Source: Candidatus Woesearchaeota archaeon (GTDB lineage Archaea > Nanobdellota > Nanobdellia > Woesearchaeales > JAGVYU01). Taken from it: DNA of 64,000 nt. The first letter of the stretch is position 1. Each line of letters starts with the position of its first letter. Under the pieces are notes generated by a model. The model searched no databases and was not told the DNA's origin. It worked only from the letters and a program-made list of their open reading frames with translations. The stretch is taken from the NCBI GenBank assembly GCA_018303105.1, contig JAGVYU010000061.1, positions 3,109 to 67,108 on the forward strand, in the 5' to 3' direction. The position numbers and the translations under genes are program-made. Shown in pieces: positions 45,984 to 55,398 of the stretch.

Positions 45984-46576
45984 ACGGACTCCAACATTTT
46001 GCCCTGATCACAGGGCTTCTTATTCTTATTGCTTCATTTCTTATTTTTCAGAATGCGTTGACGGACAGGCCGCCCCCAGAGCCGCAGACAACTCCTCTCG
46101 ACTCTGTGATTCCTGAAGTCCCTTTAGCGCCGCCCGTGCCGGAAGAGGTATTTATTCCAGAAGATTCTCAGCAAGAGGTCTTTGTCGAGATAAAAAACCT
46201 TCAATTCCAGCCTAAGGTCATAACCATACTGCCCGGGACAACCGTAACCTGGATTAACAAGGACGAGCTTCCGGGAAGCCCGGGAAGGGCAAGAACACAC
46301 ATGATAAAAGGATTCGCCGGATTCAGAAGCGAACGCCTTGAACTCAACCAAAGTTACAGCTACACGTTCACTGAGGTCGGGGAATACCGCTACATAGATA
46401 CAATCTTCACAAAACAAATGGAAGGAACGGTTGTCGTTTCCGAGAAGGCTCTGGATGCTGTCACGGGAAATGTCATTCTGAATGTGCCATCGTCTCTCGG
46501 CCCGGGAACGTTAGTCATGGTCGTATTCTTCGTGAGCATGGCCGGAGCGCTCATTGTTACTCACAGACATGCTTAA
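45980..46576 (+). CDS. Cupredoxin-like beta-sandwich protein with a C-terminal PGF-CTERM-like sorting tail
   Basis: It has an N-terminal TM segment and a PE-rich linker. The block ITILPGTTVTWINKDE...YSYTFTEVGEYRYID is paralogous to the 50089..50574 protein. The C-terminus GPGTLVMVVFFVSMAGALIVTHRHA reads as Gly-Pro-Gly, a TM helix, then a basic tail. Confidence 0.45.
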   Translation: MNGLQHFALITGLLILIASFLIFQNALTDRPPPEPQTTPLDSVIPEVPLAPPVPEEVFIPEDSQQEVFVEIKNLQFQPKVITILPGTTVTWINKDELPGSPGRARTHMIKGFAGFRSERLELNQSYSYTFTEVGEYRYIDTIFTKQMEGTVVVSEKALDAVTGNVILNVPSSLGPGTLVMVVFFVSMAGALIVTHRHA

Positions 46577-47769
46577 ACGGCAAAACCATAGAAGATGTTG
46601 TGCTTGCTCCGCGTGATCTTCACTTTGACTTTTTGCTTACCCTGAGGACATTTCAGCACGGTAATGCAGCGATCCTTCGCAACCGCAATGACCTCCCCGG
46701 GCAGTCTCCCTGGACATTTCACGTCTGCTTCAACAATATCCCCTTTCTGAAAAGGCTTAGGAAGCTTCGCGCTTGGCACAATGTCAAATTTTGGATGCAG
46801 GTCAAATCCCTTCTCGCGCTCGAGTTCATCGAGGTAGTTATAGAAAGCGTTCCACGGGAGTTCTTTAGCCGGCTTTTTTCCATACTCATACGATAAGAAA
46901 TTCTGAATCCCGATTTTCACTGGAAATTTTCCCTGAACGGACTTCGCAAAGTCTATAATCAACGGGATTTCTGCGTCATTAATGCCCATCATGAGAACCG
47001 GGGCAATGACAATCTCAAAATACTTAGCGGCGTAGCGGACATTGTCTTTAATATGCTCAATGTTAATAGGAGCGCCTTCAACTTTTTTTGCCTTCTCTGG
47101 ATTCATGGCATGCAGGGAAACGCTGCACTGGTCTAATCCTGCCACTGCTAATTCATCGACGAGCTTTTTGCTTAAGAGCACGGCATTCGTGTATATCGCG
47201 ACGGTTTTTACCCCTTTTATTTTTTTAAGGTCACGCACGAGCGGGGCAAGATCATGGTACAATGTCGGATCCCCATGCGGATTAATCACGATATGAATAT
47301 TCTCCGTATTCTTGAACGCGACAACCTTTTCAGTCTCCTGAACAAGATAGTCTTTTTCAACAATGAAATCACGCTCGCGCCTTCCCATATCCACCGAACA
47401 GAAGATGCAATCGATATTGCAACCGGTTATAGGCTTGAGGTCGATGACATTCGTGTTTCTGTCCACAATGCCAAAGTAGAGCGTGCCCAGAAGCGGAATC
47501 CCCGAGTTTTTATGGATGTATGTTGTCTCATTTTTCTTGATCCTGTTTATTAAGTGGGGAAAATGCTTTTGCAGAAGGGTATTGAGCGCATGCTCAGCCA
47601 CATACTGCTTTTCGGTTTTGAACACGAGCTCTTTTTTCCTCACTTCAACGATGCCTGAAGCCTCAATTTCATCCTGAGGCACATCAAAATAGTACAGCGT
47701 GAGGAAGTTAAACCGCACATATTCTGGCTTTGCATCGAACGTAAAGTCCTGAAAGGAGAGTGTAACCAT
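46573..47769 (-). CDS. Radical SAM protein with a C-terminal TRAM-like domain
   Basis: The CxxxCxxC cluster motif is ITGCNIDCIFCS. The C-terminus GDIVEADVKCPGRLPGEVIAV...KVKI looks like a beta-barrel TRAM fold. Confidence 0.65.
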   Translation of the reverse strand: MVTLSFQDFTFDAKPEYVRFNFLTLYYFDVPQDEIEASGIVEVRKKELVFKTEKQYVAEHALNTLLQKHFPHLINRIKKNETTYIHKNSGIPLLGTLYFGIVDRNTNVIDLKPITGCNIDCIFCSVDMGRRERDFIVEKDYLVQETEKVVAFKNTENIHIVINPHGDPTLYHDLAPLVRDLKKIKGVKTVAIYTNAVLLSKKLVDELAVAGLDQCSVSLHAMNPEKAKKVEGAPINIEHIKDNVRYAAKYFEIVIAPVLMMGINDAEIPLIIDFAKSVQGKFPVKIGIQNFLSYEYGKKPAKELPWNAFYNYLDELEREKGFDLHPKFDIVPSAKLPKPFQKGDIVEADVKCPGRLPGEVIAVAKDRCITVLKCPQGKQKVKVKITRSKHNIFYGFAV

Positions 47770-47918
47770 TATTTACGAGAAGCACAGCGGTCTTTTAAAG
47801 GTTATGTTAGAGCATGGTTTCGATTCTAATTAATTAGGAGAGTTTTTTGTGTAATCCCAAGTTTGGCAAATGTAAATCTTAATAAAGGATCCACAGAACG
47901 GTGTTTCATGAATTGGCA

Positions 47919-48669
47919 GAAACGAGGAGGGCAGCACATTCACTGGGGAAGTCCTTCGTTGCATTTGACTTCAGGATTAAGGCGAAGAATTGCAGTTGTT
48001 CAGCCATATGTTTCTTTTCGGGGTAAGCGCGTGCTGGACATCGGATGCGGAACAGGCATCTTTCTCAAAAGCTTCAAAAAGCTTGGCGCTCGTGCATATG
48101 GTGTGGATATCGACAGAAAGAAGATTCGAAAAGTGCCATTTGCAGTTTATGGCAATGCCGAGCAGCTCCCTTTTAAAGACGAAATCTTCGATATCGTATG
48201 GTCGCATGAAGTTCTTGAACACGTCGATGATGATAAGAAAGCGGCAGTGGAATCGTTTAGAGTGCTTAAGCCCGGAGGGTATCTCATTGTGTTTGCGCCG
48301 AATAGAGCGTGGCCGTTCGAAACTCATGGGATTTATGTCGGCAAGAAATATATTTTTGGAAATATCCCTCTGATCCCATGGCTTCCAAAATGGATGACCC
48401 GAAGACTCACGCCCCATGTAAGAAATTACACCAATAAGCAATTACGGTCTCTTTTTCTTGGCGGCAAGGTTATTCTTCATAAGCATGTTTACCCTGGATT
48501 TGATAAACTGTCAAGACATTCGAAAGCCCTTGGTCAAATACTACAATTCTTCTTTCATAATCTGGAGCGGCGTTTTCACCACCTTGGCATATCTCATGTT
48601 TTAATAGTGCAAAAACCAAAGCGTAATCCAATAGCACGCTCGGATTTGGTATTCCTCGGGCACAATTAA
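47919..48669 (+). CDS. Class I SAM-dependent methyltransferase (type 11)
   Basis: Motif I is VLDIGCGTGIF. An acidic residue follows after the beta2 strand (GVDID). Confidence 0.7.
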
Positions 48670-48684
48670 GCTTAAATAATAGCA

Positions 48685-49329
48685 GTGCTGCCTTCGGAAG
48701 GGGGAATAATGGACGATCACATTAAAATTACGTATGAGACGCTGTTTGAGCTGCTTAGAAAAGAGAAAAGCAGCGCGGATATTCATAAAGTTTCTCCCTC
48801 ATTCTACACTGACGTTGCGCATTATATCCAGGAGAAGATGATGATTATTGAGCAGGGCCAGCATAAGCTTGATCTTTTCTCTGCTACGGAGCGCGAGAAC
48901 GTGCAGCAGCAGCTCAAGAACATCCATAGAATCCTGAAGGAGATTTATGAACGGCGTGAGAAGAAGATCATGGAGCTCGCGCTCGCGAAGTCCATCACCC
49001 AAAGCCCGCTCATTGACGTTACCGCGCTGCTTCCTGAAGAACGGGAGCTGTTCGAGGATGCCGTGCATCTCTTTACACAATACCGGAGCAAACTCCTCCA
49101 CAATATCCTGCTTGGCAAATATCCTTTAGCGACGGAGCAAAAAACGGATACCAAAATAGTTCGATTCCTCAATCCTGTGCCAAAGTTTGTGGGCAAAGAA
49201 CTCGAAAGCTATGGCCCATTTCAAGAAGATGATATCGCGAATCTTCCCCTGAAAATCGCGGACATTCTCATCAAGAAAGGCTCTGTTGAGGAGATCAGGG
49301 AAGGCGATGCGGAGAAAAAGTTTATATAA
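48685..49329 (+). CDS. Hypothetical helical protein
   Basis: A 214-aa ORF with a good Kozak-free archaeal context and no motif recognised. Confidence 0.4.
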   Translation: MLPSEGGIMDDHIKITYETLFELLRKEKSSADIHKVSPSFYTDVAHYIQEKMMIIEQGQHKLDLFSATERENVQQQLKNIHRILKEIYERREKKIMELALAKSITQSPLIDVTALLPEERELFEDAVHLFTQYRSKLLHNILLGKYPLATEQKTDTKIVRFLNPVPKFVGKELESYGPFQEDDIANLPLKIADILIKKGSVEEIREGDAEKKFI

Positions 49330-49350
49330 GGATTAGATATTTGCCCTATT

Positions 49351-49737
49351 ATGAGTGTTCCGGGTGCGGTTCAATCCGCGCTTACCGAAGAAGAAGCTTT
49401 ACTGTTGCGCATTCTTCAGCTTGCGAAGTCCGGTCTTGATGCGCCTAAACTCACCGTGTCCGCTGCTTCCCTGCATGACTTGATTGATCGGGTGAGATAT
49501 GTTCTACCCGGGGATGTCCCGGATTATCTCGAGTGTTTTTCTGATCCATCTAGGATCGCGAGTGCACTAGAACACCTCGCTGCGGAGGGAGCCTTGCATA
49601 ACGGCAATGGAGTATATGAAACCGCAGATTTGCTCATGCACCTTGAAGGCTCGCAGTATCTTAATGGTCCATATTCTGCAGGCTTGAAAGCGGTTCTTCC
49701 CGAATGGCTGGATGCAAATACCTCTCCGAGGCCTTGA
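49351..49737 (+). CDS. Hypothetical protein
   Basis: A 128-aa ORF following the previous gene. Confidence 0.35.
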   Translation: MSVPGAVQSALTEEEALLLRILQLAKSGLDAPKLTVSAASLHDLIDRVRYVLPGDVPDYLECFSDPSRIASALEHLAAEGALHNGNGVYETADLLMHLEGSQYLNGPYSAGLKAVLPEWLDANTSPRP

Positions 49738-49775
49738 CAGCAAGCTTTTTAAATACACCGTGATCCCTGATTCTT

Positions 49776-50084
49776 ATGAAGAAACCTAAAGAGGTTAACC
49801 GATATTGTCCTTTTTGCAAGAAACATACTTCGCATAAAGTTTCTCAATCGAAGAAAAGGCAGGCGAGCTCTTTGACATACGGAAGCAAGTATCGAGCACG
49901 TCTTCGAGGGAAAGCCCGCGGCCTTGGCAATCTCGGAAGATATTCTAAGCCCGCAGTCACGAAATTCAAGCGCGCCGGAAAAAAATCAACGAAGAAGACA
50001 GATCTTCGGTATGAATGCAAGGTGTGCAAGAAGCAGCATACGCAGAAAAAAGGATTCAGGGCAAAGCGCGTTGAGTTTGTGTAA
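49776..50084 (+). CDS. rpl44e: 50S ribosomal protein L44e
   Basis: RYCPFCKKHTSHKV...KKTDLRYECKVCKKQH is a C4 zinc ribbon with the characteristic KKTDL block of L44e/L36a. Confidence 0.9.
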   Translation: MKKPKEVNRYCPFCKKHTSHKVSQSKKRQASSLTYGSKYRARLRGKARGLGNLGRYSKPAVTKFKRAGKKSTKKTDLRYECKVCKKQHTQKKGFRAKRVEFV

Positions 50085-50088
50085 AATT

Positions 50089-50574
50089 CTAAATAACCCT
50101 AATAATCAAATTAAAATCTTCCCGTAATTGCTCATCTTCAATGCTGACATCTATGACCTCATACGTTCCTTTGGTTTCAAACGTGTATGACCAATTAGCT
50201 CCGGAACGGACTGCTGCGGAAGAGAATCTGTCCTTCGTGTTTTTACGATTCCAGCCGATGAGCGAATGCCCCTGCTGCGTGAGATCATTGTTTATGAATT
50301 CAAGCGTTTCTCCTCTGGGGATGGTAATATTGTTGGGTAGAAAACCAAGCTCATCGATTAGGATTTGGGGATTCTTCGGCTCCTCAACAACGGGAGGTTC
50401 TTCGATTGGTTCTTCCTCCTCAGCTTCTGGCCCCTCAACAATGGGCTCAGGCGTTTCTTCTACAGGAATTTCTTCAATGGGGACTTCAGGCTCTTGAACA
50501 ACGACTTGCTGGGGAAATGCTGGAGCGCATGCTACGAGAAGCACAATGCACACAAGGATTGCTGCTATTCTCAT
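50089..50574 (-). CDS. Cupredoxin-like secreted lipoprotein (paralogue of the 45980..46576 protein)
   Basis: The signal peptide MRIAAILVCIVLLVAC ends in a lipobox. A PE-rich linker follows, then ITIPRGETLEFINND...WSYTFETKGTYEVID. The start is taken at the internal Met at 50574. Confidence 0.5.
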   Translation of the reverse strand: MRIAAILVCIVLLVACAPAFPQQVVVQEPEVPIEEIPVEETPEPIVEGPEAEEEEPIEEPPVVEEPKNPQILIDELGFLPNNITIPRGETLEFINNDLTQQGHSLIGWNRKNTKDRFSSAAVRSGANWSYTFETKGTYEVIDVSIEDEQLREDFNLIIRVI

Positions 50575-50835
50575 TTCTTCACGCTCTTGCAGGGCTGATC
50601 CGCGTACGCGCAAATGACACAATGCGCGTCTCGTGGGCATGGGATGATCATGCCGCAGCCTCTGCAGCTATAAAATGGCAATACCCCCCTGTCCGGAGCC
50701 TTAATGTCCTGCGTATGCTTACAGTCAGGGCATGTGATGCGCATGCATTGTAAGTGGTGATCCCCTATTTATACATTTGGATGCCGGAATGGATGCACGA
50801 AACCTTTATAAACGAACGGAAACCTCTTTTACCTT

Positions 50836-51093
50836 ATGAAAGCCGTCATCGCGCACTTCAGGCAAAACCGGCATAGGACCGTTGGGAATCACATGATCGT
50901 GAGGGTAGACGGTGTAGAAGATCGAAAAAAAGCTTCTGACCTCCTTGGAAAAACCGTAGTGTGGAAAAGTCCAAAAGGAAAAGAAATCAAGGGAAAAGTC
51001 GCTGCTCCTCATGGGAATAAAGGCGCAGTCCGCGTCATCTTTGAGAAAGGCATGCCGGGACAGAGCATCACGCAGCATGTTGAGATTAGTTGA
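50836..51093 (+). CDS. rpl35ae: 50S ribosomal protein L35Ae
   Basis: HMIVRVDGVEDRKKASDLLGKTVVWKSPKGKEIKGKVAAPHGNKGAVRV is an L35Ae beta-barrel. Confidence 0.85.
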   Translation: MKAVIAHFRQNRHRTVGNHMIVRVDGVEDRKKASDLLGKTVVWKSPKGKEIKGKVAAPHGNKGAVRVIFEKGMPGQSITQHVEIS

Positions 51094-51133
51094 GTTCTCG
51101 ATATATTTTTAGAGTTATGATGTGATTACGATT

Positions 51134-51236
51134 TCGATTGCAACACCCCAACTGGCTTCGGACGGCCTTCGGCCTCCGCGGGAGCCCGGAGGGCGCGTCC
51201 CCACCCGCGGCCTCGCCAGTGGTGTTGCATACATTA
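51134..51236 (+). ncRNA. Candidate structured small RNA of unknown class, about 100 nt
   Basis: An atatattttt TATA-like box at 51101-51110 would place the start near 51134. A 15-bp terminal stem pairs TGCAACACC[CCA]ACTGGC with GCCAGTGGTGTTGCA. It encloses a three-way junction carrying a GGCC-TTC-GGCC hairpin and a CCGCGGG/CCCGCGG stem. GC is far above local background. ACA lies 1-2 nt 3' of the closing stem. Confidence 0.35.
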
Positions 51237-51665
51237 ACTTCTATGATATGCTGTCGCGATATGCTCAACAGAATTCCTTATGCGGTTCTTATGAGTTCTT
51301 CTTAACGTCGTGACATCACCATGGAGATTCGCATGGAACCTTCTGCTCTGGTCAAGCTCGCGCAATAATAAGTCACGCTGCTTAGCGTCTTTGGGAGTTG
51401 CGTGTTTTTTATGATCAATATCCCTTATACGCCCTCTGAGATCGGACTCCAAGGTTCGAATGGATGCGGCGAGCTTCATGTTTTTTATGGCGATAATCGA
51501 AGCGAGCGCGTGCAATAACTCAACCTCCTGCTTCATGCGGTTAACGCGCTGCACAATATCCGTTGTATAATGCCGGTGCTGCTCAGACTGGATGAGGATC
51601 TGTGCTGTTTCCAGAATTTTTTTTGAAAGGTCAATATCGCTTGATAGGATTGACAGGGCTGCCAT
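51234..51665 (-). CDS. Hypothetical coiled-coil protein
   Basis: ORF with heptad periodicity. The start is taken at MAALSIL. Confidence 0.35.
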   Translation of the reverse strand: MAALSILSSDIDLSKKILETAQILIQSEQHRHYTTDIVQRVNRMKQEVELLHALASIIAIKNMKLAASIRTLESDLRGRIRDIDHKKHATPKDAKQRDLLLRELDQSRRFHANLHGDVTTLRRTHKNRIRNSVEHIATAYHRS

Positions 51666-51764
51666 ACCACACCTCGTTTTCAAGGATTGAGCGCATCTTG
51701 TTTAAAAAGATTTCCCACCGGAATGTTTTTATTTGCTCTTATACTTCTCTGATTATGGAAGAAA

Positions 51765-52102
51765 AAGAATCCATGGGGATCGTAGAAATAGAAGGATTTG
51801 GAGGAGAGGGAGGATTTAGGGCAAACACGCTTGAAAAGATTCTTGTTAATGTTTGTACCCCCTTAGGGGTTGTGTGTTATAAAGCATTCCCCTTCGTCCG
51901 TTATTTTGAAATTGGCGATTTTGAGTCACAACCTTTCCGAGAGGAATTCATGTGGCTCTGCAGGGAGAATATTGCAGCATATGAACATCTCATTGGGTTA
52001 AAGAGGCATTACGGCGGCAACATTCCTCAGGAGATAAGAGAAGTAGCTGGTCAAACCGTATGCGGGAAGATATGGCTGAAAGTGGCGTACTTCCGAAGAT
52101 AG
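51765..52102 (+). CDS. Hypothetical protein
   Basis: ORF starting at MEEKESMGIVEIEGFGGEGG. The upstream part of the track ORF is probably untranslated. Confidence 0.35.
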
Positions 52103-52156
52103 GCCATAGAAAAGTTTAAATACTGTTTTGGCTCGAACAGCTCAAAGAGGGATAGA

Positions 52157-53647
52157 TTGAAAGCACTGAAGCGATTCACCATTCTCGGCGTGTTGGCGAC
52201 TGTTGCGAGCTTGCAGGTTGTGCATGCTGATATCATTCCGAGATTTATCACAGATAATATTCGCAATTGGTTTACACTGGGTGTCCAAGATTGGTTCTTG
52301 AAGGTTTTACTCTGGGTGCTCATCTTCTGTATCATGTACGTTGGGGCAATCAAGATCCCTGCATTCGCAGACCACAAGAACATCGTTATCACGTTCGCTT
52401 TTGTAATAGCAACTTTAAGCGCTGTCATGGCACCTGCAGATATGCTCCGCAGCATCGCGAAAAGTTACGGATTCCTCTCAAATGCTATACTCCTCCTAAT
52501 TCCCGTTGCTGGCGGTTTGTACCTTGCGCACACCTTCGATAAGTCTACTGGGTGGGGCAGAGGAATGCGAGCAATGATATTTGCGATCGCCGCATGGATG
52601 ATAGGCAGCGCGGCTATTTATGTGCAACAAACAGGCGTAGGACAATGGTCCTGGCGAGATCTCTTTGACCTTTCCACAACAATATTGTTTGTGCTTGCGA
52701 TTGCTAATTTGGTGATGGCGTTTAAGGGAAGCGGTTCTTCAAGTTCAGTAACTTCCACCCCTGCTGCGCAAGCCGAACAAAAAGCGGAATCGCAAAAAGC
52801 GCAGAAACAGGTTGCCGAGGCTGATGCGGAGGAAAAGGAGTTAGAAGCGGAAGAGAAAAAGGAAAAGCAGGCCGAGAAAAAGCTGCTCAAGGATATTGAG
52901 AAGATACGACAGCGCGATGTCCATGAAGTGGACAAACAGATAGCTGATCTTAACCTGATTATTACCGCGCTGCAGCAGGGCATCATTCCAGATGATACGA
53001 AGAAGAAAGTCAACAAAGCGATAGCGAGCCTGAAAGAAGAGATCAGCAGGGAGGATGAATTTGAGCGACAGTTTATTCAACGCTCCGCTGAATTTCAAAA
53101 TATCGTTAACAAAGATTTCTCCATCTTGAAAAAACTTGGTGACGCAACACAGTTTGATGCGATTGCGGTTAAACTCAAGGAGGTTATGGATGCAAATCAG
53201 GCATCATATGGATGGCATACCCCTGAACCAGGTAGGCTAGCTAAGATTAGGCAAGCACTTGGAGGACCCTTTGGAGGTGCTCCGTTAGCTGCTACTGCAC
53301 CTCTGAAAGCGCTTTTTGATGACCTGAAAAAGGTCCGTGATGATGTTGGCAATGCAATTCGTACAGAAGTGGATCTACTCAAACAACATCAACAAAACTA
53401 CGAAACGTTGATCAATGAAGGTGTTGAACGCTACCAGGCAAGGGATAGAATCGCTGTTCAGGCCTTTGTGAATGCGCGTGAGGAGAAAAAAGAGCAGCAA
53501 AAAATCCTCAAAGATCTAGGCGGGGTCACTAAGATGGCACGAGACTGGACAAACCATGCGGTGCACGATCTTGAGAAGTTTAGATCAAATACGAACCTCA
53601 ATAACCACCGGATCTTAGCCTGGTTGGCGAAAGTCGACAAACCGTAG
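52157..53647 (+). CDS. Membrane-anchored long coiled-coil protein (paralogue 1)
   Basis: An N-terminal roughly 200-aa domain with 5 TM helices is followed by about 290 aa of charged heptad-rich sequence (AEAEEKKEKQAEKKLLKDIEKIRQRD...). Confidence 0.6.
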   Translation: MKALKRFTILGVLATVASLQVVHADIIPRFITDNIRNWFTLGVQDWFLKVLLWVLIFCIMYVGAIKIPAFADHKNIVITFAFVIATLSAVMAPADMLRSIAKSYGFLSNAILLLIPVAGGLYLAHTFDKSTGWGRGMRAMIFAIAAWMIGSAAIYVQQTGVGQWSWRDLFDLSTTILFVLAIANLVMAFKGSGSSSSVTSTPAAQAEQKAESQKAQKQVAEADAEEKELEAEEKKEKQAEKKLLKDIEKIRQRDVHEVDKQIADLNLIITALQQGIIPDDTKKKVNKAIASLKEEISREDEFERQFIQRSAEFQNIVNKDFSILKKLGDATQFDAIAVKLKEVMDANQASYGWHTPEPGRLAKIRQALGGPFGGAPLAATAPLKALFDDLKKVRDDVGNAIRTEVDLLKQHQQNYETLINEGVERYQARDRIAVQAFVNAREEKKEQQKILKDLGGVTKMARDWTNHAVHDLEKFRSNTNLNNHRILAWLAKVDKP

Positions 53648-53684
53648 AGCTAAATTTATATACTCTTTGTTCACGTTTTAATGG

Positions 53685-55343
53685 ATGGCAGTTAGACCCG
53701 GCTTCTGGAAATTAACATCTGTTGTTCTGGCATTCCTTATTTCACTTCCTTTCGCATTCGCCGCCCTCATCCCTGCCATTGTAACAGATAACCTCCGCGT
53801 CTGGTTTGGATCCGGTCTAGGTCTCGATCAAGTTTGGGTTGTGAGGTTTATGCTCTTCATTCTTCTTTACGCCATTATTTACTTCGGCGCGAGCAAAGTG
53901 TTTCAGGGGCATCAAAACATCGCGATCACGGTTTCAATTGTGCTCGGGCTGCTCGGGTCACTTACGGCTCCACCAGACATGCTTATGTCGATTGCCACAA
54001 CATATGGGTTGCTCGGGAATGTTCTTTTCCTCTTAGCGCCTGTTTTTGCAGGGTTGTATGTGGCCCATAAACTCAATACGGGCGGAGCGTATGGTCATGT
54101 CATTCGCGCGTTTATCTTCTTCATGCTCGCATGGTTATTGTCCACAGGGCTCACGATGTACGACATGCAGTGGAGCATGGGCAATTTCGAGTTTTCAGAC
54201 GGAGTACAGCTGGCGATGACTGCGTTTATTATCCTGGGCATATGGTCCTTGATAAAAGGATCCGGAGAAGCCGTTAGAGGAGATATCTCATCATCAGGCT
54301 CCGGATCCGGCTTTTTCGGGAGCAGCAGGGAACGCGGCAGCAGGATTATGGGAAAAATAGGAGATTGGTGGAGAGGAAGAAGGAGAGATCCGCGGGAGAT
54401 TCGACCAAAAAGAAGATGGTGGCAGTTTTGGAGGAGGAAAATGACTCCCGAACAGGAAGCGGATGCTGCTCTCGAAACAACAGATGTTGCCCAAATTGGA
54501 CAGACAACAGCCCAGATTGACAGAGCTATAGCAGAAAATCGCCAGGATGAAGAAGCGGAAGATACTCAGGCAGGCCGGGTGGCAACTACTGAAGATAACA
54601 TAGCGGGGGAAGAAGAACAAGAGCTGGAGGTATTAGCTGCAGATTTGGGGGGTTTATCGGGTGCACCTCAAGAAAAAAAGGAGGCTATCGTAACTGATAT
54701 GAAACGTAGAATTAGCACTCTAAAAAGATGGGATGCTGAGGATAGAGAGCTCATTAAAACTCTTGAAAACATCGAAGGACACATTAAAAAAACAGAAGAA
54801 AAACCAATGTTGATTGTGAGATGGGCTCGGAAAAACTTGCGAGACCAAGTAACGAAGCTGGCGAATATTGAATTAAAGAAGATTGAAAAGCGTAAAGACG
54901 AAATTATGAAAAGCGAGGGTAAAATACCTGAGAAGGACATGAAAGCTATTATGGAAGATAAGAAAAAAGTTGAATCATTGCTGGCTCAAGCAATTAAAAT
55001 GATTGAAGATGACGTTAATAAGGAAGCGGAAAGCTGGCAAAGACAAATCGTTGCTTCCTTAAATACTGTGCAACAATTAATTCCGCAGATAAGACAAGAT
55101 CAGCAGGCTTATGAAAACTATGTGTCGAAAGCTATTCAAGAGGTAAACGGTGGAAATCCGCAAGCTTTGCCCCTATCAGAGGAAGATTTCAGAGCAGCTC
55201 AGAAAATCAAATCAGATCAGAGAAAGAGATTAAAAAGACTTAAAGAGATTGTGAATTCCAAATTAAGATTCGATCAACGTGTAGTGGGGAAATACGATTT
55301 CAAGGATTTACAGAAGTTTGTAAAGAACAAATTCAAGGTTTAA
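53685..55343 (+). CDS. Membrane-anchored long coiled-coil protein (paralogue 2)
   Basis: The N-terminal TM domain aligns with paralogue 1. IPAIVTDNLRVWF aligns with IPRFITDNIRNWF, and PPDMLMSIATTYGLLGNVLFLLAPVFAGLYVAH aligns with PADMLRSIAKSYGFLSNAILLLIPVAGGLYLAH. An RG/RR-rich linker and a coiled coil follow. Confidence 0.6.
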   Translation: MAVRPGFWKLTSVVLAFLISLPFAFAALIPAIVTDNLRVWFGSGLGLDQVWVVRFMLFILLYAIIYFGASKVFQGHQNIAITVSIVLGLLGSLTAPPDMLMSIATTYGLLGNVLFLLAPVFAGLYVAHKLNTGGAYGHVIRAFIFFMLAWLLSTGLTMYDMQWSMGNFEFSDGVQLAMTAFIILGIWSLIKGSGEAVRGDISSSGSGSGFFGSSRERGSRIMGKIGDWWRGRRRDPREIRPKRRWWQFWRRKMTPEQEADAALETTDVAQIGQTTAQIDRAIAENRQDEEAEDTQAGRVATTEDNIAGEEEQELEVLAADLGGLSGAPQEKKEAIVTDMKRRISTLKRWDAEDRELIKTLENIEGHIKKTEEKPMLIVRWARKNLRDQVTKLANIELKKIEKRKDEIMKSEGKIPEKDMKAIMEDKKKVESLLAQAIKMIEDDVNKEAESWQRQIVASLNTVQQLIPQIRQDQQAYENYVSKAIQEVNGGNPQALPLSEEDFRAAQKIKSDQRKRLKRLKEIVNSKLRFDQRVVGKYDFKDLQKFVKNKFKV

Positions 55344-55398
55344 CCACTGGACATCCTCCTGCGCTTCATTTATATTCTCGCGTTTTTCACAAGCTACC

